NCBI RefSeq assembly: GCF_006345805.1
Contig: NC_043009.1
Coordinates: 3,968,001 to 4,032,000 of the forward strand
Reading direction: 5' to 3'
Source of the DNA: Octopus sinensis
Taxonomy: Eukaryota
Length of the DNA stretch: 64,000 nt
Made by a program: the position numbers and the translations under genes. Position 1 is the stretch's first letter; each line of letters begins with the position of its first letter. The notes under the pieces are model-generated. The model did not search any database. It had not been told where the DNA came from and saw only the letters and a list, made by a program, of their open reading frames with translations. This document shows positions 52,558 through 64,000 of the stretch, piece after piece.

Positions 52558-55500
52558 TGTTTCTTTATTAGCCACACAGGGCTGCACACAGATAGAACAA
52601 ATTACAAGGTAGAGCTTTTCTTTTGAAGGTTTAAAAAAAAAAAAAAAATTAAAATAAAAATAATAATAATAATAATAAAATAAAAAATAAAATAAAATAA
52701 AAAAGGGGGGTCGATCAAAAGGGATCGTATAAAAGGAGAGAAAGAGGACAAAAAAAAGGGGGGGTTAAAAAAAAAAGGGGGAGAGGAAAAAAAATTGATC
52801 AATAGGGATCGTTATCACAGAAATGTCAATATGAAGTGTAAAGGGGAGGACAGGTGAGGTTTACCCGTGGAAAGAAAAGCCTACGGAAAAGACCACGGTA
52901 ACCTCGGTCAATGAAGTCACATGTTATATTTCTTTTTTTTTTTTTTGCAAATAAGCAACTCTCTGTATTAATTTTTACGGTTCATAGAATCATAGTCAAG
53001 GTGGCTTCGTCATCATACGTGCCATCCTTGCTACATTCACCCATCTTTTTTTAAAACATTCACTAGACAAAACTTGCCTCTCTACTCTCACTTTTGCTTC
53101 AAGTGATACTTGAAGAAGTTGATGAGAGATTGACCAGAGAGGAAAGTGTTTGTCTCTAATCCTTTCAGACCGGTCCACCAGATACATTCTTTCGCCATAG
53201 CCACAAGTATGATAAAAATAGCTCTTCTTCCCGTTTGAAGGAAGGGGCGTGACGATATTAACGATAGACTCGGCGATAAACCGACACGTCCCACACGTGA
53301 CAGCAGTCGTTCGACATAAGCCCACAGGTGGGAAATTGCTGGACACTGCACGATTGCGTGCAGAGCGGTTTCGTCGCTCTGCCCGCATCTCGGCAGGTCG
53401 GCCCCGTGTTTCTCGAGCCATGCCTATAGAGCTTATCCCGAAAGGGTAGCGCTTCTCGGTAGCACCGCCAGGCCAGGGATCTCTGGAAGTTGTCCATAGG
53501 TCCCGGGCCGAAAGTCGTTTGAAACAGGCGGGTCAGGTATTCCTCGTCGACGCCCAGGTTCGCCCCGAGCTCGTCGTCGTACCTCCCCTCCACTAATCCC
53601 CTATAGAATGCTTTGGTTGTGTTGAAGTCACTTAAGGTCGACCCAGGACGGCAGAGTTGAGAGCAACGCGACACTCGCGGTGCCATTCGCCCTTCCTCGG
53701 CTCTCTTTTGATCCACGACTGCAGTTCGGTCATGGAGACGAGCTGCGGGAAAGCGTGCCTCGCAAACGGCGACCACACCTGTTCACCGTCGTCTACATAG
53801 AGCCAGAGATGTCGCAGTCTCAGCGCGTGTCTGCGCATCATCAACCACGGCATGCCCAGCAGCCCCTTTTAACGGGTGTTGACAGCAAATGGATCGCCTG
53901 ACCATCGGGACGCATCCTTCCACAAGAAGCGAAAGAGGATGCGTGTGTAGTTGGTGATGGTAGGGTCGGGACAAGGTACGACGTTCAGGCGCGGTAGTAG
54001 ATGACGGGCGCGATGTACGTGTTCGCCACCTCCGCTCGACCTTTTAGGGACAGTTTCTCTCTCGGCCCATTGCCGGGCGAGAGTGACCACCCTACTCGTT
54101 ATCTCGTTCCAGTTCTTCTCCACTGGAGTTCCGGACCAAACCAGACCCCGAGCAAACTCAAACGGGCCGTCGGTCCAGCGTCCCACGACGGAGGCGGGCT
54201 GGACGGCATGGCTTGCTTCTCCAGGTGCTAGTCGCAAGCCCACTGACTTTTCCCGGTTGATTTTCGCTCCTGTCACCGCTTCGTAGGTTTTCAGTGTCTC
54301 GCCGACCAGCTCGATGTGCTCGTGGCTAGACACTATGACGGTGACGTCGTCCGCGTATGCAGACACGCTCGTCCCGCATCCCAATTCTCGCGGGATGCCC
54401 CTTAGAGTCGCCAGCTTCCGCAGTAGTGGCTCAAGAGTCAATACGTATAGAAGCGCCGAGAGGGGGCATCCCTGACGGACCGAACGTGCAATGTCGAAAG
54501 GTCTCGATAGATGTCCATTACGCGAATTACCGAACGGATGCCTCTGTACAAGGCAGCTATCCAGCCCGGGAAGACGGGACCGAAACCACCGCTCTCAGGA
54601 CTGCCTCCAAGTATCGATGGTCTACCCTATCAAAGGCTTTTGATTGATCCAAGTTGATCAGGGCCCCACCCATGCCAGGTTCGTTAACTACCCTGTCTAT
54701 GATGTAGCGCATCAGATGGAGGTTGTCATGGATGGTCCGGCCTGGCACGGCGCATGTTTGCGCCTTGTCGACCAGTTTCTCGATGACAAGCGCCAACCTC
54801 TTGGCTAGCACCTGGCAAAATTTTCAAGTCTGCATAAGCAGAGTGATGGGCCTAAAGTTATCTATTACATTTCCCTTGTTTAGATCTTTCTTCAGCAGTG
54901 TTACGGCTCCTCCTCGGCTCACAAAACCAGGAATGCTCCCGTTTTGCTGCCAGTTGCAGTACACCGCCGCCAAGAGATCTCCAACAAAAGTCTGGCATAC
55001 AATTGTAAAGCTCGTAGGGTAGACCATCCAAACCCGGTGATTTGTCCCTCGAGCATTCTGCCATCGCTTCCCGCACTTCCGCCGCCGTGATGGCACCTTC
55101 GCAGCACCCTGCCTTTCTTGTCGAGAGTCGTGGTAGGCTATGTAGGTAGGCACTGAAGTCCACTCTACGTTCTTGCCCTCCACTCGTTCCGAACAGTCGG
55201 GCAAAATGCTGCTGAAAGGCCTCACACATTTTACTTGGCTCGAGCAATTCGCGCCCCTGTTCATCTACCAGTGACCGAATGGTGGCTTTGTTGCCCTGTT
55301 GCGCCTCTGCCACCCGGGCTCTCTCGCGGCTCCAACACCTTCGTTCCTTAGAGCACGCATCCTAGCTCTGACAGCACATCCTTCGTGTTGGCGTTGAAGT
55401 GTTGGTCGAGGGCCAACCTCGCCGCCAAAACGTCGGATGCGATTGCCGCTTCTAATTGCCTCTTCTAGCTTCGTAACTAGCTCACCCTCTACTCTATTTC

Positions 55501-56378
55501 TATCTATGGCTAGTGCTTTGCTGTACCTAATCGCTTCTGCTTTTACTGCTCTCTGAGGGCAAACACCATTTGTTGTTGATGATGGCTCCCGTCAAAGCCC
55601 TCTTTACTAGTGTGCTAATCCGGTCTCTGAAAACTTGTCTCGATGGGAAAGACGCGTTTAGTTTCCAGTATCCGGGACCCTGCCTAAGTGTCTTACCTAA
55701 GTCTAGCGTACATGTCACAGTTTGTGATCCGTGTAGCTGACTATGTGGAATTGTGGACATCCTATGCTATCTCTATCTACTGTCCTACACAGTATCCTAT
55801 CTAGATACGATCTCGACGACCCGATGCGGTTGCTCCATGTCCACGTTGGCGCATTCGGGTGGTCTAGTCGAAACCTGTCAGACAGTTGAAAGCGTCTGAG
55901 CAGGTCTCTGAGGCATTTGCATCCCCGTCTATTCCTATCTCTACCCACGTAGTCTACATGCGTGTCCAAGGTAGCATTCCAATCCCCCACTAAGAGTAAA
56001 GGACGAGACGTTCCAAGAAAACTTCTAGACGTTGAAAGAAATCCGCCCGACCTGTTAAGGGCGGTGCGTAAACTGATACGAGCCGAAAAGCGCAACCCAT
56101 TGCTGCCGTCGACATCCAGGACGACCAGTCTACCCTCCGGGTCTACGAATATTGTCTTACATTGAGATCCAGACTCTTGTGAAAAAGTACCGCGGTGCAC
56201 TACCGCCCATTCTCGGCAGACAGGGGGGAAAATAAATGTTGAACTGTCCGCCAAACATGGTCTTTAGGGCCCGCGGATGGTGGAGTCTGGTCTCGCTTAT
56301 GGCTATGATTTCTAACTTATGTGACTTTATGTCATTTAAGAGGTACCCTTGTTTCCAAGGGGACCCCAAGCCACGCGC

Positions 56379-56379
<1 letters not shown>
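52558..56379 (-). mobile_element. Tx1/L1-clade LINE copy A, 5'-truncated just inside ORF2
   Basis: The 3' end TAATAAAGAAACA runs into (TATC)n at 52533-52557. The 5' end abuts (TATC)n at 56380. Colinear with copy B 56450-60231. Confidence 0.92.
52982..56379 (-). pseudogene. ORF2 of copy A (AP endonuclease, reverse transcriptase, C-terminal zinc finger), frameshifted
   Basis: IIAISET, GDWN, TWSN...YLDRIL, TDH, GPGYWKLN, KSPGLDGLP, FRPITLLN, LDQSKAFDRV, RQGCPLS, YADD (54346-54357), KINREKS, GGLGMP and REALP..DKLYRHG, spread over several frames. Confidence 0.9.
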
Positions 56380-56409
<30 letters not shown>

Positions 56410-56449
56410 GATAGATAGTTAGATAGATAGATAGATAGATAGATAGATA
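56380..56449. repeat. (GATA)n spacer between the two LINE copies
   Basis: Seen directly. Confidence 0.95.
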
Positions 56450-56521
56450 TGTTTCTTTATTAGCCACACAGGGCTGCACACAGATAGAACAAATTACAAG
56501 GTAGAGCTTTTCTTTTGAAGG

Positions 56522-56555
<34 letters not shown>

Positions 56556-56614
56556 AGGGGGAGGTTCGATCAAAAGGGATCGTAAAAGGAGAGAAAGAGG
56601 ACAAAAATAAGGGG

Positions 56615-56653
<39 letters not shown>

Positions 56654-56859
56654 AGAGGAAAAAAAACTGATCAATGGATCGTTATCACAGAAATGTCAAT
56701 ATGAAGTGTAAAGGGGAGGACAGGTGAGGTTTACCCGTGGAAAGAAAAGCCTGCGGAAAAGACCACGGTAACCTCGGTCAATGAAGTCACATTTTATATT
56801 TCTTTTTTTTTTTTTTTTTTTTTTGCAAATAAGCAACTCTCTGTTTTCGATTTCTGGGT

Positions 56860-59800
56860 TCATAGGACTATGCTCAAGGTGGCTTCGTCATTCATACGTG
56901 CCATTCTTGCTACATTCACCATCTTTTTTTAAAACATTCGCTAGACAAAACTTGCCTCTCTACTCTCACTTTCCTTTCAAGTGGTACTGAAGTTGAGAAG
57001 TTGATGAGAGATTGACCAGAGAGGAAAGTGTTGGTCTCCAATCCTTTCAGGCGCGTCCACCAGATACATTCTTTCGCCATAGCCACAAGGATGATGAAAA
57101 TAGCTCTTCCTTCCCGTTTGAAGGAAGGAGGCGTGACAATATTGACGATAGACTCAGCTGATAAACCGACTCGTCCCACACGTGACAGCAGTTGTTCGAC
57201 ATAAGCCCACAGGTCGGAAATTGGGTTGGACACTGAACGAGTGCGTGCAGAACGGTTTCGTCGCTCTGACCGCATCTCGGGCAGGTCGGCCCCGTTTTCT
57301 CGAGCCGTGTCTGTAGAGCTTATCCCGAACGGGTAGCGCTTCTCGGTTAGCACTGCTAGGCCAGGGATCTCGGAAGTTGTCCATGGGCCCTGGCCGAAAA
57401 GTCGTCCCGAACAGGCGGGTCAGGTACTCCTCGTCGACGTCCAGGTTCGCCCCGAGCTCGTCGTCGTACCTCCCCTCCACTAAACCCCTATAGAATGCTT
57501 TGGTTGTGTTGAAGTCACTTAAGGTCGACCCAGGACGGCAGTTGCTTGAGAGCAACGCGACACTCGCGGTGCCATTCGCCCTTCCTCGGCCTCTTTTTGA
57601 TCCACGACTGCGTTCGGTCATGGAGACGAGCTGCGGGAAAGCGTGCCTCACAAACGGCGACCACACCTGTTCACCGTCGTCTACATAGAGCCAGAGATGT
57701 CGCAGTCTCAGCGCGTGTCTGCGCATCATCAACCACGGCATGCCCAGCCCTCCTTTTAACGGGTGTTGACAGCAAATGGATCGCCTGACCATTGGACGCA
57801 TCCTTTCCACAAGAAGCGAAAGAGGGGCGTTGTAGTTTGGTGATGGTAGGGTCGGGACAAGGTACGACGGTCAGGCGGTAGTAGATGACGGACGCGATGT
57901 ACGTGTTCGCCACCTCCGCTCGACCTTTTAGGGACAGTTTCCTCTCGGCCCATTGCCGGCGAGAGTGACCACCCTACTCGTTATCTCGTTCCAGTTCTTC
58001 TCCACTTGGAGGTCCGGACCAAACCAGACCCCGAGCAACTCAACCGGGCCGTCGGTCCAGCGTCCCACGACGGAGGCGCTGGTGGACGGCATGGGCTTGC
58101 TTCTCCAGGTGCCTAGTCGCAAGCCCACTGACTTTTCCCAGTTGATTTTCGCTCCTGTCACCGCTCGTAGTTTTTCAGTGTCTCGCCGACCAGCTCGATG
58201 TGCTCGTGGCTAGACACTATGACGGTGACGTCGTCCGCGTATGCAGACACGCTCGTCCCGCATCCAATTCTCACGGGATGCCCCTTAGAGTCGCCAGCTT
58301 CCGCAGTAGTGGCTCAAGAGTCAATACGTATAGAAGCGCCGAGAGGGGGCATCCCTGACGGACCGAACGTGCAATGTCGAAAGGTCTCGATAGATGTCCA
58401 TTTACGCGAATTACCGAACGGATGCCTCTGTACAAGGCAGCTATCCAGCCGCGGAAGACGGGACCGAAACCAGCCGCTCTCAGGACTGCCTCCAAGTATC
58501 GATGGTCTACCCTATCAAGGCTTTTGATTGATCCAAGTTGATCAGGGCCCCACCCATGCCAGGTTCGTTAACTACCTGTCTATGATGTAGCGCATCAGAT
58601 GGAGGTTGTCATGGATGGTCCGGCCTGGCACGGCGCATGTTTGCGCCTTGTCGACCAGTTTCTCGATGACAAGCGCCAACCTCTTGGCTAGCACCTTGGC
58701 CAAAATTTTCAAGTCTGCATTAAGCAGAGTGATGGGCCTAAAGTTATCTATTCATTTCCCTTGTTTAGATCTTTCTTCAGCAGTGTTACGGCTCCTCGGC
58801 TCACAAAACAGGAATGCTCCCGTTTGCTGCCAGTTGCAGTACACCGCCGCCAAGAGAGATCTCCAAACAAGTCTGGCATACAATTGTAAAGCTCGTAGGG
58901 TAGACCATCCAAACCCGGTGATTTGTCCCTCGAGCATTCTGCCATCGCTTCCCGCACCGCCGCCGTGATGGCACTTCGCAGCACCCTGCCTTTCTTGTCG
59001 AGAGTCGTGGTAGGCTATGTAGGTAGGCACTGAAGTCCACTCTACGTTCTTGCCCTCCACTCGTTCCGAACAGTCGGGCAAAATGCTGCTGAAAGGCCTC
59101 CACATTTTACTTGGCTCGAGCAATTCGCGCCCCTGTTCATCTACCAGTGACCGAATGGTGGCTTTGTTGCCCTGTTGCGCCTCTGCCACCTGGGCCTCTC
59201 TCGCGGCTCCAACACCTTCGTCCTTAGAGCACGCATCCTAGCTCTGACAGCACATCCTTCGTGTTTGGCGTTGAAGTGTTGGTCGAGGGCCAACCTCGCC
59301 GCCAAAACGTCGGATGCGATGCCGCTTCTAATTGCCTCTTCTAGCTTCTTAACTAGCTCACCTCTACTCTATTCTATCTATGGCTAGTGCTTTGCTGTAC
59401 CTAATCGCTTCTGCTTTTACTGCTCTCTTGAGGGCAAACCACTATTTGTGTTGATGATGGCTCCCGTCAAAGCCCTCTTTACTAGTGTGCTAATCCGGTC
59501 TCTGAAAACTTGTCTCGATGGGGGAAAGACGCGTTTAGTTTCCAGTATCCGGGACCCTGCCTAAGTGTCTTACCTAAGTCTAGCGTACATGTCACAAGTT
59601 TGTGATCCGTGTAGCTGACTATGTGGAATTGTGGACATCCTATGCTATCTCTATCTACTGTCCTACACAGTATCCTATCTAGATACGATCTCGACGACCC
59701 GATGCGGTTGCTCCATGTCCACGTTGGGCATTGGTTGAATGAAAGCGTCTGAGCAGTCTCTGAGGCATTTGCATCCCCGTCTATTCCTATCTCTACCCAC

Positions 59801-60254
59801 GTAGTCTACATGCGTGTCCAAGGTAGCATTCCAATCCCCCACTAAGAGTAAAGGACGAGACGTTCCCAAGAAAACTTCTAGACGTTGAAAGAAATCCGCC
59901 CGACCTGTTAAGGGCGGTGCGTAAACTGATACGAGCCGAAAAGCGCACCCATTGCTGCCGTCGACATCCAGGACGACCAGTCTACCCTCCGGGTCTACGA
60001 ATATTGTCCTTACATTGAGATCCAGACTCTTGTGAAAAATACCGCGGTGCCACTACCGCCCATTCTCGGCAGACAGGGGGAAAAAAAAGTTGAACTGTCC
60101 GCCCAACATGGTCTTTAGGGCCCGCGGATTGTGGAGTCTGGTCTCGCTTATGGCTATGATTTCTAACTTAGGTGACTTTATGTCATTTAAGAGGGTACCC
60201 TTGTTTCAAAGGGGACCCCAAGCCACGCGCATTTACACAACCAATCTTGATCAT
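56860..60254 (-). pseudogene. ORF2 of copy B (about 1130 codons if repaired), frameshifted
   Basis: Starts MIKIGCVNARGLGSP at ATG 60254. YADD at 58230-58241. Ends ...TLSIVL* at 56860. Same motifs as copy A. Confidence 0.9.
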
Positions 60255-60283
60255 AGTTCTAATGAATTAGAATACGGAGGTAC

Positions 60284-61465
60284 TTACTGCTCGAAAGTTT
60301 TTGCTTTCTCCTCCGTTGGTTTGTCCTCGAGAAGATCCCAGTACAGTTTCTTTGTGAGATATTTTTGGCATTTACCAACCGCAATGGGGAAAATGCCTTT
60401 GAGTGTGTGGTGCAGACTTTTGGAGATGTGTATTATTTTGATGTGGTCTGGGGTGTTGTGTATGGGTGGTTGTTTGTTTTTATGTCATCTTCTGTTTATG
60501 TTTGTTTTTGATTGGATGTATTCCATCAAATTGTGTGTTTTTGGTGTCTATGGCTGTGAGCATGTTTGCTGTATATGTTTTGGTGGTGTGTGGGCTGTTG
60601 TTTGCGTGGGGTTTGAAATGTCTTCGGGAGATGTATTTCCCCCTGCTTTGTTCGTGTTTGCGCATGTTGGTTGGTTGTGTTTCTGCTCTTTATTTCCTTC
60701 TTTTTGTAGCTATGCCATTCCTCACTGGTTTCGTCTTCCGACGAAATTTCTGAGGAATCAGAAGGGGGTAGGGTATGTTGTGGGCTTCTGTATGTCTGTG
60801 TAAGTGGTTGTGTTGTTGTTTTCGTTGTTGTTGGTTGTTGAGTGTTGGTGTGTTGAGTGCGGTATAAGGGATGGGGGATCAGTTGTTGTGTGTTTTCTTT
60901 GTTTTTCTGTTCCTTTGGGTTTTGCTGTTGATGGTAGTGTTGGTATTTTTCCAGGTGTCGAGTGGTTTTTGGTTGATGACGGATTAGCTTGGTGTGCTTC
61001 TCTTGTCGTCTTCTGTGTTGATGGTGGTGTGGGTAGTAGTAGAGCTTTTTTTTCCGGAGTGCTTTGGTTGTGGTAGTGGTTGTTGTTGTTGCTCTTGGTG
61101 TGCAGTGGTTGGGCACGTCTTTTTCAAGTGTGTTCGCTTCCACACAAATAGCAGCGTGGTCGCCTGCCCTCTACCACTATATAGAGTTTGTAGCCTCCTG
61201 GCAGTTCTATAGCGGTGGGTATCTTCTCTCTTGCTGCTTCTCCAATTGAATCAGGAATTCGATTGATTGCCCACATAGTCTTTCTCTCCTAGAACCGCGA
61301 TTTCCAGGATGTTTGTCTCTGACATTGTCTCTGACATTTCAAAGCAGATGGCAGAGACCACCCATTGTGTTTCGACATCAAATGGTATGTTTTTTATTTG
61401 GACTTTCGTGACCCTTTTGTTTAAATAGACTGGTATCATTACCAAGTCGTCCGAATGTAGCTCCA
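60284..61465 (-). pseudogene. ORF1 (gag-like) of copy B, N-terminus missing, frameshifted
   Basis: IPVYLNKRVTKVQIKNIPFDV, a zinc knuckle RRPRCYLCGSE-H-LKKTCP (about 61110-61160, one indel), a T/Q/K-rich linker, and the end KLYWDLLEDKPTEEKAKTFEQ* about 29 nt before the ORF2 ATG. Confidence 0.75.
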
Positions 61466-61588
<123 letters not shown>

Positions 61589-61730
61589 ACTTGTTGAGAT
61601 AGAAACATATATAATCCAAGCCTGCTTACTCAGGGACATACACGAAAGTTCATAGTACTCCCTGTTCTTACATACATCTATTTCTAAATACATTTCCCTA
61701 CAAAACGCAAACTTGCGCGCGCAAAGACGT

Positions 61731-61767
<37 letters not shown>

Positions 61768-61872
61768 CGTATGTATATATTCTAATGAATTCATATGAAT
61801 ATGGTCCTTAACTAGGATGCACCGGAAATCTATATGGTGTTAACCATACGACAAGTGGGGTGATTACAAATA

Positions 61873-62212
61873 GGAAAAAAGCAATAAGAATGGATTAAAA
61901 TCTCGGTACAATCGTTTCGTACGAGGACATCTTTAATAAGCTACAAATAATGCAGTGAATACAGATGGCTCGTACTCGTCAGCCGAAAAAACATCAGAGA
62001 ATTCCCAAACATTAAAAGGGGTAGATACAAAAGAGGCTGTAAGATTAACTGCATTGAAGAAAGTTCGATTCATGGAGATCCGATGAATGGTTTTAAACTT
62101 ACAGAATTTGTGCATGTCTACACTGTATTCACTGCATTTTTTGTAGCTTATTAAAGATGTCCTCGTACGAAACGATTGTACCGAAATTTTAATCCATTTT
62201 TTGCTTTTTTCC
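61873..62212. mobile_element. MITE with about 90-bp terminal inverted repeats and TA flanks
   Basis: 61873-61964 is a near-perfect reverse complement of 62123-62212. TA on both sides. Confidence 0.85.
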
Positions 62213-62213
62213 T

Positions 62214-62304
<91 letters not shown>

Positions 62305-62317
62305 TATCTACATATAT

Positions 62318-62445
62318 ACGATGGGCTTCTTTCAGTTTACGTCTACCAAATCCACTGACAAGGTTTTGGTAGGCCCGAGGCTATAGTAGAAGACACTTGG
62401 CCAAGGTGCCATATAGTCGAACTGAACCCGGAACCATGTGGTTTT
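62318..62445 (-). mobile_element. SINE family 1, first half only
   Basis: CGATGGGCTTCTTTCAGTTTACGTCTACCAAATCCAC...CTGAACCCGGAACCATGTGG, ending in (TA)n. Confidence 0.8.
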
Positions 62446-62683
62446 GTGTGTGTGCGTGCTTCTGCGCGCTAGTTTTCGTTCGATGAAACATGGAAACTGA
62501 CAAGGTTTGAAATCACTGTTATATCGTTTTTTTTGTTTTAACATTAAATTTTAACCACCACCTTGTACTGATCCGTCGTTTACGAAAGTGATCATCCTTA
62601 TCCTTTTCTTTTATTTAAAATCCGTAATACTATACATGTTCAATATACTCATTAAATATATATATATATATATATAGATATAG

Positions 62684-62726
<43 letters not shown>

Positions 62727-62917
62727 TTTTGGGGATTTGGTTTGAAAGATTCTTTATATGAGTTGTATTGAAGCTTATTCTGTTGTGTGTGGGGTAGAGT
62801 CATTTTCTTTTTATGCCTTATAATTAACACACTCACCGGTAAAATTTCCACTTATTTCTTATTTTTTTTAATATCCTAAACTTTTCGTTGCATCCTGCAA
62901 CCTTCTCATAGTATTGA

Positions 62918-62960
<43 letters not shown>

Positions 62961-63039
62961 CATATATGTGTGTATGTATGTATGTATGTATGTATGTATG
63001 TATGTATGTATGTATGTATGTATGTATGTATGTATATAT

Positions 63040-63200
63040 ACGACGGGCTTCTTTTAGTTTCTGTCTACCAAATCCACTCACAAGGCTTTGATGTACCTGA
63101 GGCTATAGCAGAAGACACTTGCCCCAGGTTCCACGTAGTGGGACTTAATCCGGGACGATGTCGTTGAGAAGCAAGCTTATTACGACACAACCACGACACC
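63040..63200 (-). mobile_element. SINE family 1, first half only
   Basis: Same match, ending in (CATA)n. Confidence 0.8.
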
Positions 63201-63224
63201 TGCGGTCCGAACACATCCACACCC

Positions 63225-63935
63225 GCGCCTTGGTGACGTATCTTCCGGCTCTTAACGTCCTGAGTTCAAATTCCGCCGTTGTTGACTTTGACACTCACTT
63301 TTAGCGGGTGTCGATGAAAGGAGTGGACACCAGTTATTGGGGTCGAGGTAACCGATAGCCCCTCCTCCCCTCCAAAACTTTCAGGCATAGTGTCTATAGT
63401 AGAAAAGTTAATAAGTCTAGATTAAGGCAACGGGCTGGCAGAATCGGTAACCCATCGGACAAAAATAGTTAGCAGTATACATTCTGGATCTTAACGTTCT
63501 GAGTTCAAATCTTACCGCATTTAGCTTTAACTTTCGGATCGATAAAACAATTACCAGTCGATCACTGAGTTCGATATAAAAGACAAACCCTTTCATTAAA
63601 TTTTCTGGCATTTTGCCAAAATTTGAAGACATTACGAAGCTTGTGTGACCAAGAGAAACACCCGTGTGGCAGACTCTATAGTATTCAGTGCCGCTCTTTC
63701 GAATTCTGATGTTCAAATTCAACTAGCTTTTAATTTGTCTGTCAGTAATATGATGGAGGTTGAGGTTAGTAGATTGGTAGACAGGTTAGGGCGTCGGACA
63801 TAATATTCTTCGGTATACATTTATTATTCTTGGTACGCTTGGTTCAATGAGACTTTGTTTTTATATTTCTGGATTCGATAAAATCAAGTAACAGTGGAAT
63901 ACTGGGAGATGATATAATCGGTTATTGACCTGCCA
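63225..63935 (+). mobile_element. Cluster of degenerate SINE family 3 copies (about 63225-63410, 63425-63630, 63765-63935)
   Basis: Repeated TTCTGAGTTCAAAT, TCGATAAAA...ACCAG and GGGCTGGCAGAATCGG motifs. Confidence 0.65.
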
Positions 63936-64000
63936 TCAAGAAATCAATAACACTGGTAATCTATTGATATATATATATATATATACATATATATCGTTAC

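Larger units (their letters stand above)
56450..61465 (-). mobile_element. Tx1/L1-clade LINE copy B, about 5 kb, probably 5'-truncated within ORF1
   Basis: Same 3' end as copy A. Carries ORF1 and ORF2. The 5' end abuts (TATC)n at 61466-61587. Confidence 0.92.

Noticed and set aside
56526-56650. Poly(A) runs as LINE poly(A) tails
   Set aside because: The LINE is on the minus strand, so these are internal poly(T) tracts of the 3' UTR. The true end is at about 56450.
60090-61249. Plus-strand ORFs of 60-237 aa over the LINE
   Set aside because: They are antisense to ORF1/ORF2, with no independent features.

Overview
AT-rich eukaryotic DNA dominated by microsatellites and transposable elements. 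I found no supportable host protein-coding exon, rRNA, tRNA gene or CRISPR array. The repeat density and the SINE families resemble my recollection of octopus (cephalopod) genomes; this is inference and has not been checked. Most long ORFs in the track are artefacts of simple repeats. The main coding feature is a head-to-tail pair of Tx1/L1-clade LINEs on the minus strand: 52558-56379 (ORF2 only) and 56450-61465 (partial ORF1 with a CCHC knuckle, plus an APE-RT-zinc-finger ORF2). Both are frameshifted, and every junction lies in a (GATA)n/(TATC)n tract. An older remnant of the same 3' end also sits inside a GATA tract at about 31 kb, which suggests a TATC-microsatellite-targeting LINE family. 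One tRNA-like SINE variant carries this LINE's 3' tail. A second SINE family shares its tail, including a covarying stem-loop, with a CR1-like LINE end in the window. Also present: R4/Dong-type LINE remnants around an (AAT)n tract, four SINE families, several MITEs, a mariner derivative with two 5' ends, several foldback hairpins and a diverged minisatellite of about 57 bp. All coordinates and alignments were read by eye and may be off by a few bases.
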